Notes: generated by a model not told the origin, from the letters alone. A DNA stretch of 63,189 bases, filler included, from Rhabdomonas costata (GCA_019059605.1; 56 parts of 56 records of this genome joined end to end with filler, not necessarily neighbours in it), one strand, 5' to 3'; shown: positions 12,088-24,869, counted from the first letter of the whole stretch. Numbers and translations are program-made.

Positions 12088-13561
12088 CTGCACACCAAAA
12101 TACACGCCGCACTGCCACAAAGAGATGAAGGTTCACCGCCACAGCATCGGGGGCAATATCTCGAAGAGGATTTGCAGTGATAATTCAGCGGTGAGCTGCA
12201 AGGGCCCTAACAATGCGTCACGATGTCACCCACCAATCATCTGGTCTTCGGGTTGCTCTTTTATTTTTATTTCAAGCGATTTCAAGAGAAACGTCTCACA
12301 TCGGTCACCTACTGACGCACACACAACAANNNNNNNNNNNNNNNNNNNNNNNNNNNNNNNNNNNNNNNNNNNNTTAATTAATTAANNNNNNNNNNNNNNN
12401 NNNNNNNNNNNNNNNNNNNNNNNNNNNNNGGTTGTGTTGGAACTCGCCGAGGAGCACCGTCACAGAGTACTTGAGGACAGCGCCCGGCGGCTCGCCTACC
12501 ACGAGGGCAAGACCATCCATCGAGCTACCTACTGTCTGGGACCAGGGAATCGAAGGTTCTTCCTGTGCGAAGCCAAACGGCAGTGGAGAGCTCTGCTGTT
12601 TGCATGTTTGCTCGCCTGTTTGCATGCGGCTGAAATCTTGGTGAACCCTGCAGATCATGTGCAGAGTATGAGAGTCCTTAGTGCGCGCGGCTTGTCGGTT
12701 GCAACTGAATGTGTGTATGTTCAGGGATGTATGGGGTGTGGGTGTCTCTTGAATGGGAGTTCGAGGTGGCGATCGTGATTGTGTGCCGAGTGTGGGTTGT
12801 CTCTGTCGTTGTGGAAGGATGGGACCTGTGCTACCCTTCTTCTCCGTTGCTCCGCCATCTTCCTGTGCATTTGCAAAAGTGTGGTCTGTATTGCAGGGCG
12901 GTCTAAGCCGGGTGGCGACTCCTGTCTCCCCCAATGGTAAGCTGTGCTGCACAAGTGCTAGGCTAGCGGGCTGGTTTTTCCTTCTGCCTTTTTCCCTTGC
13001 CCGAAGCCGAAGTGTAATTCCAGAGGTGGGGTTGCGTCTACTTGTTGACCCGGAGTTGTCTTGCGAGAGCTTCCCGGATTTCGCCTCGAGAGCATCTCGG
13101 CTTTTGTGTAATGCTTTGAAGTGTTGAATCGATAGGCTGAGCTTCTGCACGAAAGTTGTCGCGCGAGCCACCTCAGGCCCGATCCCTTTGAGAGTCTCCC
13201 CGACTGCGTCTTTCGCTCAGCCCTGTGTCAGTGTGTCAGTGCAGTGCCCCTCCTTTCACGCCACCCTCTTTTTTTTGCTTTCGTTCCCCTGTTCTGCGCT
13301 TCGGCCCTGCTGGTATCCCGTTTGCGTTTCAGTGCCTCAGTGTTCACGGCTCTCCGGGAATCTTGAGCAAAACCCGGGAACCGTTCCAACCTCGCTCCTC
13401 CACAAATCTCGTAGCAAAAGGGTCTCTGGTTGAACGTTATAAGTGTTCTACACACCCCCCCNNNNNNNNNNNNNNNNNNNNNNNNNNNNNNNNNNNNNNN
13501 NNNNNTTAATTAATTAANNNNNNNNNNNNNNNNNNNNNNNNNNNNNNNNNNNNNNNNNNNN

Positions 13562-13771
13562 GGTTGTGGTGGGAAATAGGTTGAAAAACTTGAAGCTTCC
13601 GTGCTTTTGATCATAAACCAGCCACTGGTCGTAGAGAGAAGAAACATCAAGCTTGCGAATGACACGGTATCTTTCGTTGATGAGGCTGCCTGTACACGGC
13701 TCGAAAGTATAAACTCTGGTCTTCGGAGAGGCCACTTCCGTGAAAACCGAAGGTGAGAAACTCCCGTCCAT
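13562..13771 (-). CDS. SRPK-like kinase N-lobe fragment with a degenerate glycine loop
   Basis: PCTGSLINERYRVIRKLDVSSLYDQWLVYDQKH resembles SRPK PVxxGDxFNxRYxVIRKLGWGHFSTVWLxWD. Confidence 0.45.
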
Positions 13772-14964
13772 TGCTTCGCCTCAACCCACAGGCACAACCC
13801 TCAAAACAAAAAAGAGCTGAAGTACCCAGGTAAATGTGGAGGAGGAAGCTGTGCGCTGGTAGTTCGCTGTGCGCAATGTTTTGCCCAGGTTGTAATTCCG
13901 CTAAGTTGTGCGTTCATTGCTGAGACGTTATCAATGTTTAGCTTTTGTGTGTGGGCCGCCTTCGGTGTGGGGAATGGTACGGCTTCTAGAGACTCCCGTG
14001 CCCCTGTATGCTGGTTCGGTGATGGTTCATATCTCCAACCCGAACGCCGTTTTTTCGGCTTCGTTCCTTCCTTCTCCCTGTTTTTGTTTTGGGGTGAAGG
14101 AAGCTTTTTTTTGTGAATGCACGCGATAGAAGGTAACAACTTCTTGTTTGCATCGTGATGTTTGCTGATTTGCCGTGCTTATCTGCCATGCTTAGTGAAC
14201 TCACCGATGCAGCCCTGTCCCCTTGATCTATGAGCATTTTGTGCTGTTTCATGTGCCTTGCTGAGACGGTGAGGGCGATCGGGGCACTACGCTTCAGAAG
14301 AATCTGAATTGGGTATGTTTATGCGTCGGGTTTATATCTGGGACCGACCACTTGCCCCTTTTGCGGACCTTTTTGGTACACTCCGGTTGCGAATTTTCAT
14401 TGAAACTATCGCAATCAATACTCGCTCCTTCCTTGCACTGCAAGTGAGACAGCGGAGCATTGGCTTTTGTTGAAGTCTCGAGGAATCGCAGTGACCGGAC
14501 AATTGTCTGTTATGTTTTCTCGTGTTGGAGTGAGAGCAGTAGTTCCTGGATGCACCCGGGCTGGTGGATACTGGCGGAGACAGCTCAAACCCNNNNNNNN
14601 NNNNNNNNNNNNNNNNNNNNNNNNNNNNNNNNNNNNTTAATTAATTAANNNNNNNNNNNNNNNNNNNNNNNNNNNNNNNNNNNNNNNNNNNNACACAGAG
14701 AGACACTAAGGCACACACACACCCGCAGTATGGCCTTGGGCGACGTGCACTGTGGAGGAGAAAAACGTTGCATTGCTCCTTTAACAAAGCTGAAGACAGT
14801 CTTGGTACCGGTCAAGGTGGCTGCCCTCGTGTCTGTATAAGCACCAATGGATGTGTGATCATTTCGGCGCACGAACACGAAGTGGCTCGTAAAATATCGC
14901 AGTTTTCGAGCTGTCCAGACTTCGTGCGCCGAGAGCCTTTCATCCACCACTCGTTATTCCACCA

Positions 14965-15570
14965 TCAATGCACCTGCTCCGCTCCTTCCTCGGGTTGGGC
15001 CACCTCCTCCTGCGCTGCATCGCCGTCGCCCTGGTGACGGTCATGCCGGTGGTGGCGGTGGCGGTGATGATGTGAGCGCTCGTCCTTCTCGGAATCTTTC
15101 CGCTTGTGGTGCTCTTTGCTAACCTTTTCCTTTTCCTTCTCCTTGTGATGCTTCTTGTGCTCCTTACGCTCCGCCTTGAGCCTCTTCTTTTCCTCCTTGC
15201 GAGCCCTCTTCTCCTCCCGAAGCTTCTGCAGCACACTGCTGGACTCCGTCCCTTCCGCCCCGGCGGCTTCCATGCCAGCCTCCCCCTCCGCAGGCTCCTC
15301 ATCCTCCGGACCCTCGTCTGCGCTCTCCTCTTCGTCGTCCACTAAAGCTTCCGCGGAAAACGGGGCGCTGCTCTCAGCGGCCTGCGGCAGCACAGAAGGC
15401 GGGGCCTCCACGAGGGAGGCTGGGAAGACCGACACCTCACCGAAATGCGCTTGCTCGGCTTCGCCATCCATGGCCTGGTCCGCAGCTTCGTCTTCTCCAG
15501 CTGCCTGTGGGGAGGAACCCGCGTCAGTGCCCTCGGCGATATCTGCTGGGGCAGGGTTGGGCACCTCTTC
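14965..15570 (-). CDS. Terminal exon of a low-complexity acidic then Lys/His-rich protein
   Basis: ttcacAG| acceptor, about 200 codons with GC-rich third positions, ending EQVH*. Confidence 0.7.
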   Translation of the reverse strand, partial: EEVPNPAPADIAEGTDAGSSPQAAGEDEAADQAMDGEAEQAHFGEVSVFPASLVEAPPSVLPQAAESSAPFSAEALVDDEEESADEGPEDEEPAEGEAGMEAAGAEGTESSSVLQKLREEKRARKEEKKRLKAERKEHKKHHKEKEKEKVSKEHHKRKDSEKDERSHHHRHRHHRHDRHQGDGDAAQEEVAQPEEGAEQVH

Positions 15571-16082
15571 CTGTGAAACGGATATGGCAAAATAGGTTCG
15601 CTAATGGTGCCCCCAATGAGGGACCAACAAATGAGCAGCTTATGCGATAGCCGTGCGATAGCCGTACATCTTAATTCCACAATGTGAAGCACTATCACAA
15701 ACACAGGAGGAATTGACTTTCTTNNNNNNNNNNNNNNNNNNNNNNNNNNNNNNNNNNNNNNNNNNNNTTAATTAATTAANNNNNNNNNNNNNNNNNNNNN
15801 NNNNNNNNNNNNNNNNNNNNNNNACAGCAGGTGCCGCCGAGGGTATGCCTTCCTTCCCTTAGTTTTTCCTTTTTCAGGGCTCCGGCGGTTTCGATGTTCT
15901 TTCTTACCAACAGACACAGTCGCACACCGGCGCCCGCCCGGATGCGCGCTCAGCGCTGTCTCTAAAATCCCAACCGGTCTTTCTAAGCTTGTCTAGGCTG
16001 CTATGGTGGCGGCTGCCGTTGTCGCTCAGGCGGTCGTACGGATGGGAGATTCTCACATAATCGATGTGCTTCTTGTTCTCAG

Positions 16083-16449
16083 GTGCCCCTTCGGGCCAGT
16101 CCACCCTCAGTGAAACTATCCTGACCCAGCTGCAGGAGGGCTCCTACGAGTGCATGGTGTGCTGGCGGGTTAGATCGCTGTGCGTTCCTCCCTTTCACTC
16201 AACGCTTTCCGTACACACCGAGCCTTCTTACGTTTCCCGTGGCTCTGCCATTTGTCCCAAAATCCCAAATCCCAAATCCATTCTTTCGATCGTGACACCT
16301 CGTTCTTTGTCTATTGATAGCACATCGCTCCCTCAGCCTGCTGGCTTTGTCAGGTGTGCGTGGAGGTTATCCGACGCAAGGTTGCAACATGGAGCTGCCG
16401 CAGCTGCTTCAAGCTATTTCATCTCACTTGCATCCGAAAGTGGGCCCAG
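16083..16449 (+). CDS. NFX1: NF-X1-type zinc finger protein, RING region; exons 16083-16156 and 16354-~16449
   Basis: Spliced ILTQLQEGSYECM|VCVEVIRRKVATWSCRSCFKLFHLTCIRKWA matches the NFX1/NFXL1 RING pattern. Confidence 0.85.
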
Positions 16450-17338
16450 GCCCAGTCCTTTCGGTGTGTGGCAAAGGCACATGCAGAGGACTTGGCCGGT
16501 GTGGGCAGGCTTCTTTTGTTTTGATAGCAGTGGCCTCTGATCGCCACATACCTTACGCCTTACCATACGGAATCTTCCACACTGCCTGATGTGACATCAT
16601 CACCTCCAATTCTAATTGGGTCGCTTTTCTCATCACAGCTGTGAGGCTGTGAGAATGAGCGGCTAGCACATAACTTCGCACCATTTGTCAATCGGTGCAG
16701 ATATCCTATCAGGGATCCTTATATGAGATAATAATGATGAGAATTAGTGCTGTGGAATCGGTTTGACAATGAAGTTCAACGGCAACCAGGAAACCAGCCT
16801 TTTGATTTTGCACTTTATCTCGGCTGAGGCCATACGAGATTTTTCCCCCCCCACNNNNNNNNNNNNNNNNNNNNNNNNNNNNNNNNNNNNNNNNNNNNTT
16901 AATTAATTAANNNNNNNNNNNNNNNNNNNNNNNNNNNNNNNNNNNNNNNNNNNNGGGGGGGTGTTGATCGTGCAGCTGGCCTGAGGGAGCAAGAAGAAGC
17001 AAAGTCCCATCTCCAGGCCAAAGCAAAAACGTACCCACAACTTCACACGAACATGGCCACCATGCCACGTCCGCAGCAGACCCACGATCCCCCCAGGCCC
17101 ACTTTGAGTATTGGGGGATTCCTTTCTTTCTTCTCCGCTTTATCTAAATGGGCTTTTCAGTAAGAATCTTGCTTCCACTTCAAAAAGCAGCATGCACGCG
17201 CAATGGCGCCGCTAGGGTTAAGGTGAGGATAAGGGAAGGGGAGGGGGCCACTATATGAGTTCCTAGCCATTTTCCGGCACCCCCACTTTCAGCCATACCA
17301 CAGCCCAACCATCCATCAAACAAGAAAGTCGGCACAAC

Positions 17339-17561
17339 CTGGGTCTGGTGCACCATCACCAGCGGAGTGGTGCTGGAGGTGATCGTCAGGGTGCCGCGAA
17401 GGGTGGGGCATTCAAGAGAGCCCCTCTTGTTGACAATCTCCAGGGCAACCCCATGCACCTCGTAGGATGTCTCCAAAGGGGTCGACACTGGAACAAAATT
17501 CACGGAGTTATACCCATCGCCTCCCCCACAGATGTACGTCGTGGTGGCGACGGTATACACC
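17339..17561 (-). CDS. Exon encoding the end of a 5'-nucleotidase C-terminal domain; the protein continues in a further exon near 16980
   Basis: YTVATTTYICGGGDGY matches YxVATxxYLAxGGDGY. AG/GT boundaries. Confidence 0.65.
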
Positions 17562-18088
17562 CTGCGCAGGGGAGAGAGAGAAAGAAAGAACGAGAGGAGA
17601 GAGACGATTCAAGTTCCCAAAACGGCGGATCGAGGGCGAGCCCTCGGCCTTTGTTCATGTGTATTGCCACGCCCCGTTCGGTTGCAAATTTTGACTCCCT
17701 CTTGTAAAAAGTTCCACCATCTCCTCTTCCACTCTCTGCTGCAACCTCTCCCCTCTCCCCTCTTACTCTTCCAATCAGTTCCCCTCATCGCGTTCATCTT
17801 TCTCTGAAACATAATTTGTCTCTCCCCACCTTTTCCGATCACTAGTGTATCCTTATGCCAACGTCGTCGCCACGTCAGTTTTGCCTGAACAGCCGCATGC
17901 CGTTTGCAAAACAAGAATCAAAAGAAAGATCACATTTCAGCTCGTCAGTACAACCAAGAACGTTTTTTTGGTGAGCCCACAAACCNNNNNNNNNNNNNNN
18001 NNNNNNNNNNNNNNNNNNNNNNNNNNNNNTTAATTAATTAANNNNNNNNNNNNNNNNNNNNNNNNNNNNNNNNNNNNNNNNNNNNGGG

Positions 18089-18090
<2 letters not shown>

Positions 18091-18174
<84 letters not shown>
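18091..18174. repeat. (GTGTAT)n microsatellite, about 14 units
   Basis: Perfect hexamer array read directly. Confidence 0.95.
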
Positions 18175-18178
<4 letters not shown>

Positions 18179-19312
18179 GAATGGGGGGGGGTGACTTGCG
18201 TGTGCAGGTTTTAGCATGTTCGGACCCAGATCCTGAACTGGTGAGGATTATTGGTCACTCTGCCCAGGTGTGCCGCTTGAAGGCTTGGAGGTCTATTGAC
18301 CGTTCTTTCTCGAGCTGCTGTTCTGGGGGTTCTTCCAGATTGGTTTACTGTCAGGGACCACACCGGTAATGGGATTCATTCCAGGACCGGAGACCTAATG
18401 ACGACGAATTGATGCTCACATGTGGTGTTGTCTGGAGTTGTCAGCTTCTCCGTCTCCGACTCCTCTATGCCGAGTTCAATATCTGTATTAGGCCCTTTAA
18501 GGGTTTTTTGGACTTAAGAAAGGACTTAGGGGTGCATCGGAGCTTTCGGGAGCTTTTCCCGTCTTCTCGGCCAGGGCTCCTTATTCCACCAAAGGACAGT
18601 GTCCTTCAGCATTTCATCCTTGCTCTGGATTGGGCTTGCACATAGAGCTTGAAAAAGAACAACATTGAAAGGTCGGGATCAAGAACTGGTCTTGGGAGTA
18701 CTGTACAGTTCAAGTGAAAAATGCCGACACAACTTCCACTTTCGTTGGCCCGCAACAGGCACAGCGAAATTCGAACGCTTCCTTTATTTTGCAAACTCCA
18801 ACGAAGGAGCGAACAAAGTTTGCCTTTGCTGAGCACGCCCCGTTTGGTGACTGCTCCGCCGTTTATGGCTGGGCATGGAGTACACTGCGTTCTTCTCTGT
18901 CTATACGTCTTCTGTTTTGAATTTTTCTGCTTGTTGAATTACGCCTGTCCAAATGATCGGATCAGACCAGTTTTTCCTTCTTGTTAAGCGCACATCTCAT
19001 TCATTTCGCTTTCGTCATTTTCGGTTTTTGTTGCTTCACGCTGTTTTTCTCTTTGCAAAACCCAGGTCATGGCCAACTTAATCGTGGACTTCCTGGACCT
19101 GGCGCAGTGCCAACACAACNNNNNNNNNNNNNNNNNNNNNNNNNNNNNNNNNNNNNNNNNNNNTTAATTAATTAANNNNNNNNNNNNNNNNNNNNNNNNN
19201 NNNNNNNNNNNNNNNNNNNGTTTTGGGAGGTCAAATGTAAAAAGAAAAAGAAGCCTACATGGTGTAAAATTGCTAGTACCAAAGCAGCGCATGCACACTT
19301 TTATTTTTACAG

Positions 19313-19449
19313 GTTTCCGTGATGCGTTGCGGATCGCCTATCAAAACCGCCCCAAGCTCTTTGCCAAAAACATTGAGCTCCCAGAAATGCTGTACGAAGA
19401 TGTGCTGGAAGTCCCAGAGAGAGTTTCGTCTTCAGGAGAGGTTCTTCAG
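19313..19449 (+). CDS. 5-oxoprolinase / hydantoinase A family exon
   Basis: tttacAG|GFRDALRIAYQNRPKLFAKNIELPEMLYEDVLEVPERVSSSGEVLQ|GTgtgg. Confidence 0.85.
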
Positions 19450-21092
19450 GTGTGGTACCCTTCACAATTGACATTCAATAGTGCACTGTGTGTGTGTGTG
19501 TCATCGAACCGAAAACTGTCTTTGATATCTTTCATGCTCCCATTGCTTTCATCCTTTCATCTTGCGCGTCCAAATTCAGGTTACTGTGTCAAAATTCAGG
19601 GTTTCTTGGGGGTATCGTACTGAATGAAAGAAAAAAAAGAAGGAAAGGAAGGAAGGAAGGAAGGAAAACGATTCGTGAAAAAAGATGGGATAAGGACAAG
19701 CAGCAACCCCCTCCCCCGAAAGGAAAAAATGGCTCAAAAATGACAATGTGCTGCAGATAGAGTCGAAAGCACCGTTTAAAAAAAGCATCCTGTCCTTGCG
19801 GAAACTTGTGTTTTCTGCCCGCTTAGACAAGAGAACAGACAGAAAGCACACGGCAAAACACGGCAAAAAAAAAAAGGAAAACCGAAGGTAACAGAAATGG
19901 TCCAGGTCATGGTCCATGTTCAGTGGAGAGGAGTGTGAGAAGACAGCACTGGGCATGTCTGTGGCGGGTGGGAGGAAACGGCGCCTTAACACGCAGGAGG
20001 GAAGATCATACATTTTTTGTACAGGTCTACTCCTGACTAAGTTAAAGAAGAAAATTGGAAAGAAGAAAAATGATGCGCCCCGAACGGCCACTGTTCCAGG
20101 GGTCACCAAACAAAAGGTTAAAATAACAAAGTGCTGCAGAACGACGACTCCACCACCACTGACCGAAAGCGACCCCAAGGACCGCGCAGCTTTTCTGGAG
20201 GGCCGCCGTGTATAAAGAAGACCTAGCTTTTGTAGGCAACTTCCGTTTTNNNNNNNNNNNNNNNNNNNNNNNNNNNNNNNNNNNNNNNNNNNNTTAATTA
20301 ATTAANNNNNNNNNNNNNNNNNNNNNNNNNNNNNNNNNNNNNNNNNNNNGGTGTGTTGTCTGTCTACCTCCTGGACTTACCTTTCCTGTTTCTGTTGTGC
20401 TACGGGTTGCTCTTCATTTCTGGCTGTCACATGAGTTTGTCAATGACGATTTTCTGCCATTTTAACTCAACGCCTATCAGAAAACCAGGGAAAGCGGACT
20501 GAGGCGACGTTGTGCATGGTGTTTTGGCTTCCTGGAAAGACTCTCCTCCCCCGGCGGTTTTTCTGCTTACTTTACAGCGGTGTGGACCGAGTGCTCCGTT
20601 TGAGGGGAGGGAGGAGGGAAAGCAACGCCCAACGCCCAGCCCTCCTGCTAACACACACACTGCTCAATCATCTCAAAAGGCTGCGCGTCGAACAAATGGA
20701 TTCGAAAAAAACTCAGCCCAGAACAATACCAAGCTTACAAACTTGTAAAATGAGCATACATACAGGATTCCGATTACGGAGTTCACAAGAGCTGTGCTTC
20801 GTGCAGGGAGGGCACGTGGTACCCCATGTGCAAACATTTGGCCTCTATTTTTTTTACAAACCAAACATGAGCCAAGTGCTCCAAGAGCACCCCAGTTAGC
20901 ATTGCTTTCCAGGAATGGCGTAGGCTCGCGCCGGTATATATAGCTTTGGATACACATTTAGGTATACATAGCTTTGGGTCTCGGCAAGGTGAGTCCCCGC
21001 TGCAAGCTGCACACTGCGCACGGGGCGTCGAAGCTGAGAGACGGGACCAGGTTGTTCCACATCTCATCATTCCTGGCATGGGGGGGGGGTAC

Positions 21093-21311
21093 CTTGTCTA
21101 TGGGCTTCTGCACGACCCTCTCCTGCACCCGGTCCACCACAACCTCGCGGAAGATGTCCACCGGGACCTCTACGATCCTTTCCACCACCCGCTCCAGGGG
21201 CACGGCCAGTCGGTGCCTCACCACACGCTCCTCCAGCCGCTCTGTAGGGGTCCGGCGCTCACTGACGACCAGGGTCTCCCGCTTCACCTCCAATGTGCGG
21301 TCGACGGTGTG
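21093..21311 (-). CDS. Articulin/alveolin-like cortical cytoskeleton protein exon
   Basis: cgcAG|...AVPLERVVERIVEVPVDIFREVVVDRVQERVVQKPIDK|GT. V/E/R/P-rich with a VEVPV motif. Confidence 0.7.
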
Positions 21312-21959
21312 CTGCGGCCCAACCCAAAAGGGAAAGGAAAGGGCCCTCCGATACACTACGAAACGCACCCACCCCCCACNNNNNNNNNNNNNNNNNNNNN
21401 NNNNNNNNNNNNNNNNNNNNNNNTTAATTAATTAANNNNNNNNNNNNNNNNNNNNNNNNNNNNNNNNNNNNNNNNNNNNTTGTTGGTGGGCAATTTTTAC
21501 TTGCAGACTTGCTAGCCTCTGTTGTACCTGTTGTAAATCATTGCATGCGGTCCTTCTTTAAGCCGCGCTGACTTCGGAGAACATCAAACCTGCGCAGCAC
21601 CGTTTACCAAGCCCGTCACATTATTTGCCACTTTTGCCCTTAATTGTATCTTTTCTGATTTCCACTGATTTTAGCGAACGTCTTGCAGGCTTCCCTGTTG
21701 AATGGCACTCACTTTTTCATTTATCATCTCTGGCGTTACCATCGACCCGGGTTTGGGAGGCTGGATTCCACCGGTCATTTCCTTCCCGGCCGTCAAGCGG
21801 CAGCACTCCCAACACATATCATGCCAATTCCCCGTACTCTCCGCATTCCGGTACACCTGTTTTTGCTTCAGCTGGACGGGCAGCCAAGCACCACTGAGAT
21901 GGAAGCATATTTCTCCCGCCGAAAAACCACTTCCGTAGTCTCGTTGATGGGTGGGTGGG

Positions 21960-22509
21960 TACCCCAGGTGCCCTAAAGGCATTCTTACACCCCTCGATAC
22001 CCGTGGAAGGCATCGAGGGCATGTCTGAGGCACGAAGGCATGACCGAGGCAGGAAGACAGAAGGCACCGCAGGTAGAAGCATCAACCCAGGAACCCAAGA
22101 ACTCAACCCCTCACAGAAACAAGAAGGCCCCCAGAAACAAGAACGCAAGACACCCTGAACCCACACACTCCCTCAAGACACAACGCATCATTCAGCTTGG
22201 CATCAGACACACACTCCCCTCAGACCTCGAAACAGGAACCCACGAACCCCAAAACAAGAAGGCCATGAACCCCTCGCAACACATAAGCACAGTACAGCCA
22301 AGGACATCGACACACACCACCAGCAACCACCCTACGCAAAAACACGGACCCCTCGAAAACACGAAACCCTGAACCCTGAAATCCACCCTCCAAGAAACAC
22401 ACGTAACCCCTCAAGACACACTCTTGTCTCAGCTTGACATCAGGAACTCACCTCACCCTCCGACTCCAAAAACACCACACCCCTGAAACCCAAGAAGGCA
22501 ACACCAACA
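21960..22509. repeat. Low-complexity short-repeat array (GAAGGC / AAACAAGAA / CCCTGAA units)
   Basis: Internal imperfect repeats such as AAACAAGAAGGCC, CCCTCAAGACACA and CCCTGAACCC. Confidence 0.6.
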
Positions 22510-22781
22510 NNNNNNNNNNNNNNNNNNNNNNNNNNNNNNNNNNNNNNNNNNNNTTAATTAATTAANNNNNNNNNNNNNNNNNNNNNNNNNNNNNNNNNNN
22601 NNNNNNNNNGGGGGTGGGTGTGATAGGATAGGAACACAAAGGAAAGACGTGACAAAGAAAGAAACAAATGCAACGCTGTGCAGCAAGCTTTTTTTTGATC
22701 CGCCATTGGCGAGAAGAAACAGCGACCCCTGGGCACCAGTGCTGGTCATAGCACAAAAGCAGACAGGACCCGGCAACAAAC

Positions 22782-23277
22782 CGGCGCAGCAGTCTGAGGT
22801 GACGCAAGAAGAGCTCGCGCAGGTCGTGGAGGTGTCTCTCGAGGTGTACCCCGTGGCTGGGCAGGAGAAGAGCCCGCACGTCGGGTTGGCTGTGATCGGA
22901 AGTTGGGAACTAGCACATGAAGGCATCAATGGGTAAGTCTCCCGAACATGCATCTAACATCATTTGAGACACATGATACACAGGAAGACACAGCACAGGA
23001 TATCATGGGTCTGTCAGGCACTTTGCAACGTAGACTCTTGGAGAGGAAACGCCATAGGAAAGGTAGACCCGCAGATTAATTATCCATGAAGGTCCTGGGA
23101 CTGCCAGCAAGGGTTCCGGGCTCGTGGGTGCGCAAATCCGAAACTGAGCATATTCTACCATGCATGCACCTTCACAGCAGTCCAGGGAGGTGCAGGTCCT
23201 GTTGGCGCAAGAGGTGCTCGCGTTGCGCGGCGTGAAGAAGGCGGGGCAGGGATAACCGCTGCCGCAGCTCGGGTTCT
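22782..23277 (-). CDS. Cysteine-rich repeat surface protein; two 108-nt exons (23277-23170, 22889-22782)
   Basis: NPSCGSGYPCPAFFTPRNASTSCANRTCTSLDCCE and NPTCGLFSCPATGYTSRDTSTTCASSSCVTSDCCA. Both are phase 1-1 with GT-AG boundaries. Confidence 0.8.
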
Positions 23278-23739
23278 CTGAGAAGCATGAACGCAAAATA
23301 TGAAGAGCGAAGGTTTGGCGCGTGGAGAAAGCACGCTGCCCAAACGCACAATCTGCAAGTCGAGGGCAGAGCGAAAAACGCATTCACAACGTATTCGCAA
23401 AGCAAGGGCACTAGTACAGTTCGGGGTCTTCTGGTGGCCCCACGCAGAGGCAAAGTCTACTTCAGATCCCTGTCCCCTAGTGCACAAGCAGGTTCTAAAA
23501 CGCCTCGTGCGCACCATACATAAAAAAAAACCGCTATATGACACCGATACGGGTTAAAAAAGTTCTTCCCTGACCAAAGAAGTGAGCCTTGGCAAAAGAG
23601 AACAAGGGTATAAGAGCACACTGAGAAGAATGGAGTTCANNNNNNNNNNNNNNNNNNNNNNNNNNNNNNNNNNNNNNNNNNNNTTAATTAATTAANNNNN
23701 NNNNNNNNNNNNNNNNNNNNNNNNNNNNNNNNNNNNNNN

Positions 23740-24769
23740 TGTGGTGGGGGGAGTGCGTGGGTCAGCTGAGCAAGGTGATGCTGCTGAAGTTCCTGGGAGA
23801 CTTCCTCCATAGCCTGGTAGCGCAGAGCAATCTGCTGTCGATGGGAGGCCGTGCGTTCAGCTACCAGGCGCAGGGCAACATCACGGGGGCGAGCCACGGC
23901 AGCTTCTACGTCACCGTGGGCACCGGGCTTCGGCGTCTTTGCGTGTGGGAGAGCGATGACGGTATTACTGCGAAGGCCGGGAAGCTTCTGCTTCCCAGCC
24001 TGCTGGCCGCGAGCAGCGGTATCCTACAGCGTTTGTTTCTTCTCTTCATAGCAATTACAGGAATCCTTGCTTCCTCCATAGGTCACCATTGTCACAGGCG
24101 CGTTAGTTTTTCCACCGAAAATGGCATTCTTTCGGTGAAATAGGAAGAAATAGGCTGTATTGGAAGCTTGTTTAGCTCAAGTCCTAAAGTCCGTTCTCCA
24201 CTGCCCAAGATCGGGCAGCTGGATGGCTGAAATGTTGCTGCGCTTTTTTACGGGGAAATTTGCTATGATCGCGTGATCCCGTGGGGAATTTCAGGCTTTT
24301 GCGGTTGGAGACACATGCGGGGTCCGGGTCGGACCACCACTGCTCCAACATGAAAAATATGTTTGGCGTCCCTTTTGTCTGATGCTGAAGTTCAATGTGC
24401 TGGTTTTCTCTTTTCAGAACAGTTTTTTTCCGCAGAGGCTGCCCCGCAAAGGGGGGAAATTCTCAAAATCCTTTCCGGCCTCAAACATAAGGTATGAAAA
24501 AACCAGGGGCAAACCCCTCCCTCGCAGCCTTGGTTCCGGTCTTCAAAAACTTCTTCCGGGTAAAGCTTCCTCTCCTGCTGTCCTTTGGGTTTCCCAGGAT
24601 CCCTGGCCCCAGATGTGCCGATCAAGTTCAGCTTCTTTCTTGCCGGGGAGGAGTACGACCACATCGGGCAAGCCATGGCCCTGCCCTACGGGCTGGTGTG
24701 GCGGGTTAGCGTAGTGATCTCCCTGACTCAGCTCTTCGCGGACATCAACGCGGCAGCGACCCAAACCAC
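23740..24769 (+). CDS. dCache-like extracellular receptor domain, partial; exons <23740-24018 and 24598->24769
   Basis: GRAFSYQAQGNITGASHG...GLVWRVSVVISLTQLFADINAA resembles the dCache_1 end (GLDWLIVVVxPExDFxxxIN). Paralogue of the next contig. Confidence 0.65.
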
Positions 24770-24869
24770 NNNNNNNNNNNNNNNNNNNNNNNNNNNNNNN
24801 NNNNNNNNNNNNNTTAATTAATTAANNNNNNNNNNNNNNNNNNNNNNNNNNNNNNNNNNNNNNNNNNNN

